A DNA stretch of 13,646 bases from Planctomycetales bacterium (GTDB taxonomy: Bacteria > Planctomycetota > Planctomycetia > Pirellulales > Pirellulaceae): contig JAGQPK010000050.1 in NCBI GenBank assembly GCA_020426755.1, positions 1 to 13,646 on the forward strand, in the 5' to 3' direction. Below are positions 8,072 through 13,646 of the stretch, piece after piece. The translations under genes and the position numbers were made by a program. Within the stretch, counting starts at the first letter, position 1. Every line of letters begins with the position of its first letter. The notes under the pieces were generated by a model. That model was given only the letters and a program-made list of their open reading frames with translations. It made no database searches and was not told where the DNA came from.

Positions 8072-9625
8072 ATGACGTCATCGAGTCGCTGTTACGGAAG
8101 AAAGTTGTTTTGGATGCTGAGCCGAATGTTCGCATTCGGCCTGATTGCGATTGCGAACGCTACCGACACCGACTGCGCTGACGCCTCCGTTGGCCAATTC
8201 ACCTCACATTCCGACGTCGGCAATGTTCAACGATCAGGAAGTGCGGAATATGACGCGACCGGCGACACCTATCTGTTAAGTGGCGCAGGCGCCAACATGT
8301 GGTTCGCCGATGACGAGTTTCATTTCGTATGGCGAAAACTACGCGGTGACTTCGTACTCCACGCGCGAGGTCGTTTTATCGGCGAAGGGACTGATCCACA
8401 TCGCAAGATTGGCTGGATGGTTCGTGCTTCATTGGCTCCCAACTCGGCTTACGCTGATGTAGCGGTACATGGCGATGGTCTTACTTCACTCCAGTTTCGC
8501 CGGTCCCCTGGCGCGAACACCGAGGAAGTGAAGTCAACTGCGACGAGTCCTGACGTTTTACAACTGGAACGTCGCGGCAACGTTTACACAATGAAAGTGG
8601 CCCGCGACGGTGAACCACTTGCCGAAAGCAAGCTTGAAGATTTGAACCTAGGCGACGAAGTCTATGTTGGCCTCTTCATCTGTTCACATCGGGCTGACGT
8701 GATCGAGCGGGCAACTTTCGACAATGTACGCATCACGATTCCGGCCGCCGCCGATTTTCGTCCCTATCGCGACTACATCGGCAGTCGTCTGGAGATTGTC
8801 GAAATTGCCACAGGGCATCGCCAAGTCGTCCTGGAATCCGCTGATCCGCTCCAAGCGCCTAATTGGGCTCCAGATGGAAATTCGATTATCTATAACGCCA
8901 ACGGTCGACTCTACGCATTCGATCTCAACAAGCGTAACACAACACCCATCGACACCGGCACATCAACCCGCAACAACAACGACCATGTATTGTCACCTGA
9001 TGGCTCCTGGCACGGTATCAGTCATCACAGCGCTGAGCATGACAACCGATCGATCGTTGCCGTCGTGCCTGCGGCAGGCGGATCGCCACGAAATGTCACG
9101 TCGCAGGGCCCGTCCTACCTGCACGGTTGGTCACCCGACGGCAAGAACCTGCTGTACACGGCAGAACGTGATGGCGAGTTCGACATCTATCGCATTCCCA
9201 TCGGTGGCGGCGCAGAGGAGCGTCTGACACGCAGTCCAGGGCTGGACGATGGCGCAGAGTACCATCCAGATGGGCGAACAATCTATTACAACTCATCAAC
9301 TACCGGCCGTATGCAGATTTGGCGAATGAGTGCCGATGGAAGCCAACCGACGCAACTTACCGACGACGACTATAACAACTGGTTTCCTCACGTCGCGCCA
9401 GATGGCCAGCAGTTCGTCACTCTCTCATTTCCCAACACAATCGCTGCCGACGATCATCCGTTCTACCAGCACGTGTTGCTGCGACTGTTCCCACGCGACG
9501 GCGGCAAGCCGCGCGTGCTTGCCTACGTGTACGGAGGTCAAGGAACAATTAACGTGCCCAGTTGGTCTCCCGATGGCAAGTACCTGGCCTTGATCAGCAA
9601 CTCGCAGCTGATCACTGATCGCTAA
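8072..9625 (+). CDS. Secreted TolB-like protein: an N-terminal concanavalin-A-like beta-sandwich domain plus a PD40/TolB-type beta-propeller.
   Basis: The track ORF starts at 7868. The internal ATG at 8072 gives the signal peptide MTSSSRCYGRKLFWMLSRMFAFGLIAIANA|TD, with GGAG 9 nt upstream. The C-terminal half carries repeated PD40 blades: WAPDGNSIIY, LSPDGSWHG, WSPDGKNLLYTAERDGEFDIYRI, YHPDGRTIYY, VAPDGQQF and WSPDGKYLA. The N-terminal region, about 200 aa, is beta-rich (FHFVWRKLRGDFVLHARGRF...VYVGLFICSH). Confidence 0.8.
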   Translation: MTSSSRCYGRKLFWMLSRMFAFGLIAIANATDTDCADASVGQFTSHSDVGNVQRSGSAEYDATGDTYLLSGAGANMWFADDEFHFVWRKLRGDFVLHARGRFIGEGTDPHRKIGWMVRASLAPNSAYADVAVHGDGLTSLQFRRSPGANTEEVKSTATSPDVLQLERRGNVYTMKVARDGEPLAESKLEDLNLGDEVYVGLFICSHRADVIERATFDNVRITIPAAADFRPYRDYIGSRLEIVEIATGHRQVVLESADPLQAPNWAPDGNSIIYNANGRLYAFDLNKRNTTPIDTGTSTRNNNDHVLSPDGSWHGISHHSAEHDNRSIVAVVPAAGGSPRNVTSQGPSYLHGWSPDGKNLLYTAERDGEFDIYRIPIGGGAEERLTRSPGLDDGAEYHPDGRTIYYNSSTTGRMQIWRMSADGSQPTQLTDDDYNNWFPHVAPDGQQFVTLSFPNTIAADDHPFYQHVLLRLFPRDGGKPRVLAYVYGGQGTINVPSWSPDGKYLALISNSQLITDR

Positions 9626-9646
9626 CACGCTCGCCTGCTGATATGC

Positions 9647-9667
9647 GCGCACAGCGACGCCGTGCGC
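9647..9667 (+). other. Short GC hairpin (GCGCAC-N9-GTGCGC) 22 nt after the TolB-like gene stop.
   Basis: The 6-bp GC-rich stem with a 9-nt loop is followed by AAAATC on the plus strand. There is no U-tract on the sense transcript, so it is not a canonical intrinsic terminator. It may be an RNA-stability element. Confidence 0.25.
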
Positions 9668-9885
9668 AAAATCAAGCCGTCACGCGGCCGGTTCGACTTG
9701 GCACGGTCGATCACGTCTCGTTTCCCACCTGCCGCCACGGTGCTGACTGACACACACGGCAAGCGACGACTTGCATTGCGCGCCGGCTTCGCGACATCGT
9801 CCGCTCGTCAATTTGCGTTGACCTCCTCCGACTTCACGCAGCGTAACTGTTGGCGAGTTTCCGATACGCTTGGCGGATTGTCGGC

Positions 9886-9893
9886 TATATAAT
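9886..9893 (+). promoter_or_regulatory. TATATAAT, a -10-like element upstream of the NfeD-flotillin operon.
   Basis: The extended TATAAT match sits 28 nt upstream of the NfeD ATG at 9921. TTGGCG occurs twice as a direct repeat, at 9850-9855 and 9870-9875. The second copy is only 12 nt from the -10 element, too close for a sigma70 -35. Promoter rules for this GC-rich lineage are uncertain. Confidence 0.25.
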
Positions 9894-9920
9894 GCGCGCG
9901 GCGGCGAATGTAAGGTAACT

Positions 9921-10646
9921 ATGATCCAATTCGAGCGGGCAAACTCGCTAGTTATGAGCGGAATTCTTGAACCGTTGGTCAGCGGACCAGTCATGCCAGC
10001 GACTTTTCTGCTGGCAGTGTTTGTGACGTGGAGTCTGTTCTCCCTCCTCGTTGGTTGGAACTTCGATGTGGATAGCGGAGCGACCGACGGCCTATTTGGC
10101 GATGGCCAAGTCGATCTCGACGGTGTCGATTCACAGCTGCCGAGCACAGCTGATTTACAAACAGCGACAGACAGCCTTGGTTCCTGGGGCATGATGACGC
10201 TTCGCTGGTTGCGACTAAGTGAAGTACCGCTGCTGATTTGGCTGGACACGATGGCCATCACCTGGTGGCTGATTTCATTGGCGAGTTGGCTCGTGATTGA
10301 TCAACAACTGTTCGGCGCTGTTGGCGTACTCGGCAGCATACTATTGGCAGCGCGCAACCTGCTGATTGCGGTATTCATCACGCGTGCCGTCGTACCTCGC
10401 GTGAATCTGCGACTCAATCCCGCCGAACGCGCGCTCACACCGCAATCGCTCATCGGGCGCGAATGTCACATCAGTTCGCTGGAGGCAAATTCACAATTTG
10501 GCCAAGTGAAGTTCCCCACCGAGGGCGCACCGTTGCTGCTCAATGTGCGCACCGACGGACCGCACTTAACTAAGGGGACGCGAGTTTGGATTACTCACTA
10601 CGACGCCGAACGTCGCATCTATATCGTTTCACCTACAACTACTTGA
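9921..10646 (+). CDS. NfeD-like membrane protein (YqiJ/YuaF-type), the partner of flotillin.
   Basis: The track ORF 9870 starts at TTG. The first in-frame ATG is at 9921 (MIQFERANSLVM...), preceded by an AGGT-containing Shine-Dalgarno-like (SD-like) stretch. It has TM helices (ATFLLAVFVTWSLFSLLVGW, ITWWLISLASWLVI, GAVGVLGSILLAARNLLIAVFI) and an acidic loop. The C-terminal soluble beta-barrel (GRECHISSLEANSQFGQVKFPTEGAPLLLNVRTDGPHLTKGTRVWITHYDAERRIYIV) is typical of the NfeD OB-fold. The stop TGA at 10644-10646 sits 12 nt before the flotillin ATG. Confidence 0.75.
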   Translation: MIQFERANSLVMSGILEPLVSGPVMPATFLLAVFVTWSLFSLLVGWNFDVDSGATDGLFGDGQVDLDGVDSQLPSTADLQTATDSLGSWGMMTLRWLRLSEVPLLIWLDTMAITWWLISLASWLVIDQQLFGAVGVLGSILLAARNLLIAVFITRAVVPRVNLRLNPAERALTPQSLIGRECHISSLEANSQFGQVKFPTEGAPLLLNVRTDGPHLTKGTRVWITHYDAERRIYIVSPTTT

Positions 10647-10658
10647 TTGGGATCAGCA

Positions 10659-12704
10659 ATGACTTCGCTGGTGTACTGTGGTTTACTGGCTGTAACTCTG
10701 GGACAGACGTTTGCCTATCTCGTACTCGCCGTCGTGACGACCGTCGTGTTGCTGGCCGGCTTTGCGGCTACGGCGAGCCGTTACTACGTCAAGGTCGGCC
10801 CGGACGAAGCGATTGTCCGCACGGGCGCGGGCGGCACACGAGTGGTTACGGCGAGCGGCATCTTTGTCGCTCCCGTCGTTCATCATGCGGAGCGCATGGA
10901 CCTGACGCTGAAGAGCTTCGAGATCGCTCGTGAAGGCTCCGAGGGGTTGATCTGCAAAGACAACATTCGCGCCGATATCCGCGTGGCCTTCTTCATCCGC
11001 ATCGACAAGACGGAAGCCGAGATTAGGGAAGTCGCTCAGTCGATCGGCTGCCGTCGTGCCAGCCAAATCGAAACGATGCGGGAGTTGTTTGACGCAAAGT
11101 TCTCCGAAGCCCTCAAGACGGTTGGCAAGCAATTTGAGTTTGTCGAATTGTACGACAAGCGGGAGCAATTCAAAGATCAGATTCTCAAGGTAATCGGCAC
11201 CGATCTCAACGGCTATCGCTTGGATGACGCGGCTATCGACTATCTCGAACAGACTCGGCTGGAGCTACTCAATCCAAACAATATTCTCGATGCGGAAGGC
11301 ATCAAGAAGATCACCGAACTGACTTCAAACGAGAAGGTCAAAGAAAACCACTTTACTCGTGAGCGTGAGAAGACGCTGAAGAAACAGGACGTCGAGGCCC
11401 AAGAAGCCATCATGGAATTGGAACGACAACGCGTCGAAGCACTTGAAAAACAACAGCGGGAAATCTCCGAGATCGAAGCTCGTGAGCGTGCCGCTGCCGC
11501 TCAAGTGCGAGAAGAACAGCGTCTCAACGCGGAACGCGCCAAGATTGCCGCCGACGAAGAGATTGGCATTGCCGAACAAAACAAGTTGCGGCAGATCCTG
11601 GTTGCCCAGCGAAATAAAGAACGGACTGATGCGGTCGAGTTGGAACGGCTCGAACGCGATCGCGCGCTCGAACAAACAGAGAGAGAACGAATCGTGGGAG
11701 TCGCCGGCGTCGAAAAGGAGAAGGCGATTGAAACGGAACGACGCAACATCCAGGAGGTGATTCGCGAGCGCGTCGCCGTGGAGCGAGTTGTGGTAGAAGA
11801 ACAGGAACGCATCAAAGATACCGAGGCCTTCGCCACTGCTGATCGTCGCAAGAAGGTACAGGTGACGGCAGCCGAAATGACTGCCGAAGAAGCGTTGGTG
11901 AAAGAGATTAAGGCGGCCGAAGCTGCGCGCCGTGCTGCTGAAATGCTGGCAGAAAAGATTCGCGTTGAAGCGGAAGCCGAGCGTGATCGCGCAGAGAAGC
12001 AGGCGCTGGCTACCAAGATGCTGGCGGAAGCCAAGACAGCTGACCATGCTGCAGCAGGGCTAGCCGACGCACACGTACTGCAAGCTCACGCTGCTGCGAC
12101 AGAGAAACAAGGCCGCGCCGAAGCAACGGTGCTCAAGGAACGCTATTTGAGCGAGGCAGAAGGCATTACGAAGAAAGCAGCCGCAATGAAAGAACTCGAC
12201 TCCGTGGGCAAGGAACACGAGGAATTCAAGTTGCGGTTGGAGAAAGACAAGCAGATTGAGATTGCCGCGATTGACGCGCAACAAACAATCTCGACCCAGC
12301 AAGCCACGGTGCTTGCCGAAGCCATGCGGTCGGCCAAGATTGATATCGTCGGTGGCGACGGGCAATTCTTCGACCAGATCGCAGGCGCCGTGCGCGGCGC
12401 CAAATCGATCGACCGCTTCGTACAGCACTCGCAGATCACCAGCCATGTAAAGGATGCGCTCTTCGGTGGAAACACAGATGAGTTTCGCGAACAGTTGCGC
12501 CACTACGTCACTCAATTGAATCTGTCAGCCGGCGACTTGCGAGATCTATCGGTCGCCGCGCTCGTCAGTAAACTACTGGCAAGTGAAATCGCACCGCAGA
12601 CATACGAATCGCTCGGCAAACTCTTGGGCTGGGCCGGCCACCTGAACCTGTCGCAAGCATCGGTTGCCGGATTGTTGAATGGCCAAGAAGCGGAACCAGC
12701 GTAA
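10659..12704 (+). CDS. Flotillin-like SPFH (band-7) domain protein, YqiK/FloT-type.
   Basis: The track ORF starts with TTG at 10647; the first ATG is at 10659. It has an N-terminal TM segment (LVYCGLLAVTLGQTFAYLVLAVVTTVVLLAGF). The SPFH core follows (YYVKVGPDEAIVRTGAGGTRVV...FFIRIDKTEAEIREVAQSIG). A coiled coil of about 280 aa follows, rich in E/A/R/K (ELERQRVEALEKQQREISEIEARERAAAAQVREEQRLNAERAKIAADEE...), which is the flotillin domain. The gene is adjacent to and coupled with an NfeD gene, matching the conserved yqiJK/yuaFG arrangement. Confidence 0.9.
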   Translation: MTSLVYCGLLAVTLGQTFAYLVLAVVTTVVLLAGFAATASRYYVKVGPDEAIVRTGAGGTRVVTASGIFVAPVVHHAERMDLTLKSFEIAREGSEGLICKDNIRADIRVAFFIRIDKTEAEIREVAQSIGCRRASQIETMRELFDAKFSEALKTVGKQFEFVELYDKREQFKDQILKVIGTDLNGYRLDDAAIDYLEQTRLELLNPNNILDAEGIKKITELTSNEKVKENHFTREREKTLKKQDVEAQEAIMELERQRVEALEKQQREISEIEARERAAAAQVREEQRLNAERAKIAADEEIGIAEQNKLRQILVAQRNKERTDAVELERLERDRALEQTERERIVGVAGVEKEKAIETERRNIQEVIRERVAVERVVVEEQERIKDTEAFATADRRKKVQVTAAEMTAEEALVKEIKAAEAARRAAEMLAEKIRVEAEAERDRAEKQALATKMLAEAKTADHAAAGLADAHVLQAHAAATEKQGRAEATVLKERYLSEAEGITKKAAAMKELDSVGKEHEEFKLRLEKDKQIEIAAIDAQQTISTQQATVLAEAMRSAKIDIVGGDGQFFDQIAGAVRGAKSIDRFVQHSQITSHVKDALFGGNTDEFREQLRHYVTQLNLSAGDLRDLSVAALVSKLLASEIAPQTYESLGKLLGWAGHLNLSQASVAGLLNGQEAEPA

Positions 12705-12728
12705 AGCGTTGTCGCAGCTCGCAACTAG

Positions 12729-12778
12729 GATTCGGCCTGCCTCGCCGCGACGCGTCCGCTGCGGTTCCAGGCCGAATC
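12729..12778 (+). other. Long nested inverted repeat (stem-loop) 25 nt downstream of the flotillin stop codon.
   Basis: GATTCGGCCTG at 12729-12739 pairs perfectly with CAGGCCGAATC at 12768-12778, giving 11-bp arms. The 28-nt spacer contains an inner CCGC/GCGG stem (12745-12748 with 12761-12764) enclosing the palindrome GACGCGTC (12749-12756). No T-tract follows it. Confidence 0.4.
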
Positions 12779-12895
12779 ACCCACGGTTAGAGTCTGCCGG
12801 CGCACCCGACCACCAAGCTGTAACTGTGCACTAGCTTGCGATTTCCATCCGCAGGCAAACAAGTCCGATCGAGGCTACCAAGGCACTGCTCCAAT

Positions 12896-13646
12896 ATGTC
12901 GACCGCTACGCTGACCGCCGGAACATACGAAGTTCTGCGCAAACGTCTCCGAGAAGCCGCGCTGGATTTACAGCAGCGTTTCGCACAACTCAATGCCGCC
13001 CGCGCTAATGTGTTCGGTAATATCGAAACGCGATTGATCGGCACGGCGCACGTCGCGACAGACCACAACTGCGTGCCACGCGACTTGGTTTCGATTGGCG
13101 ACTGGCTGCTACTCGGCTACAACGTCCATTTCGGCCTGAAGACAGAGATCGCTACGTCAGACGTCTTCAGCGTTTATCGCTTGGATGGTGACGTAGCGCA
13201 CTCCGAAACGCTCGACTTGCTTCATGACGCCGGCTTTCAGCGCGATTTCGCAGAACTGTATCGCTACTACAAGCACGCGACGTTTTCACGGTTCTTCCAG
13301 CAAGGCCCCCTGCTCTACATGGTTTTCCGTGTGGGCAAAACCAGCAGCGACGTCAAGGCATTCAAGTGGCTGATTCGCGACAACTCGCTGGAATACATTG
13401 ATAATCGCAGCGATCACGAAGTGCGTTATCCGCCGCAACATGCATTCCGTTGGACGAAAACCAACCGCGACCAACACCGCACCGGCAAGCATCCTCATGT
13501 CTCCATCGAAGACATCGTGTTCGTCGAATGCGTGGGCGGCGACCTCACCATTAAGATCGAAGACAACACCGACGACGGCCAGGGTGTCTACCGTGAGCCG
13601 GTCGAGAACGCGGATCAAACGCTCGACGATGCAGAGATCTACTACT
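12896..13646 (+). CDS. Hypothetical protein with no recognisable domain. It is partial and continues past the window end.
   Basis: The reading frame is open from the in-frame TAA at 12821-12823 through 13646, and the first ATG is 12896. It reads MSTATLTAGTYEVLRKRLREAALDLQQRFAQLNAARANVFGNIETRLIG...VFVECVGGDLTIKIEDNTDDGQGVYREPVENADQTLDDAEIYY, 250 aa without a stop. It is same-strand, 191 nt downstream of the flotillin gene. There is no Walker A or other motif I can assign. It is absent from the ORF track because it has no stop. Confidence 0.55.
   Translation, partial: MSTATLTAGTYEVLRKRLREAALDLQQRFAQLNAARANVFGNIETRLIGTAHVATDHNCVPRDLVSIGDWLLLGYNVHFGLKTEIATSDVFSVYRLDGDVAHSETLDLLHDAGFQRDFAELYRYYKHATFSRFFQQGPLLYMVFRVGKTSSDVKAFKWLIRDNSLEYIDNRSDHEVRYPPQHAFRWTKTNRDQHRTGKHPHVSIEDIVFVECVGGDLTIKIEDNTDDGQGVYREPVENADQTLDDAEIYY

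Noticed and set aside
9662-10261. ORFs 9662..9892 (+, GTG start, 76 aa) and 9680..10261 (-, 193 aa) in and around the NfeD upstream region.
   Set aside because: Both are extremely R/S/T-rich with no start context. The minus-strand ORF overlaps the NfeD coding start in antisense. They are likely spurious GC-rich frames, though a small protein cannot be fully excluded without expression data.
11325-12515. Long antisense ORFs inside the flotillin gene (11325..12047, 11501..12034, 12060..12515, 12143..12475, all minus strand).
   Set aside because: They lie opposite the GAA/GCN/CGN-rich coiled-coil codons, whose reverse complements rarely give stop codons. Their translations are low-complexity, rich in S, R, A, F and L, with no start context. 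They are compositional artefacts of the E/A/R-rich repeat.
1-13646. Mobile elements, CRISPR arrays, tRNA or rRNA genes, and toxin-antitoxin pairs.
   Set aside because: I found no direct-repeat arrays with regular spacing, no transposase- or integrase-like ORFs, no tRNA-like cloverleaf candidates in the intergenic gaps, and no small paired ORFs. The window looks like core chromosome.

Overview
The window is chromosomal-looking DNA with moderately high GC, densely coding on both strands. I saw no rRNA, tRNA, CRISPR array, transposase or integrase. I read eleven protein-coding genes; two run off the window edges and are missing from the ORF track because they lack a stop in-window.

In order:
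1. A xylose-isomerase-like TIM-barrel sugar-phosphate isomerase/epimerase, minus strand, truncated at position 1.
2. A DJ-1/PfpI family protein, minus strand. The track over-extends it with a TTG start.
3. An MFS transporter, plus strand.
4. A minus-strand operon of a secreted TPR-plus-beta-rich protein, a sensor histidine kinase with a large periplasmic domain, and an OmpR-type response regulator.
5. A VIT1/CCC1 family metal transporter, minus strand.
6. A secreted TolB/PD40 beta-propeller protein with an N-terminal beta-sandwich domain, plus strand.
7. A translationally coupled NfeD-like and flotillin (SPFH/band-7) pair, plus strand. The flotillin has a very long E/A/R-rich coiled coil.
8. 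An unrecognised partial ORF starting at 12896 and running off the 3' end.

The non-coding signals worth checking are:
- a perfect 7+4+7 palindrome, ATGCATG-gtct-CATGCAT, sitting on the divergent start codons at 7864..7881;
- overlapping palindromes followed by a weak terminator-like T-tract at 7037..7064;
- an 11-bp-arm nested inverted repeat just downstream of the flotillin gene (12729..12778);
- an 8-bp inverted repeat in the DJ-1/MFS divergent promoter region.

The best candidate for an uncharacterised system is the NfeD–flotillin pair with the unknown downstream ORF. The second is the three-gene secreted-protein/kinase/regulator operon. All product calls come from motifs I recognise by eye; no database search was run.
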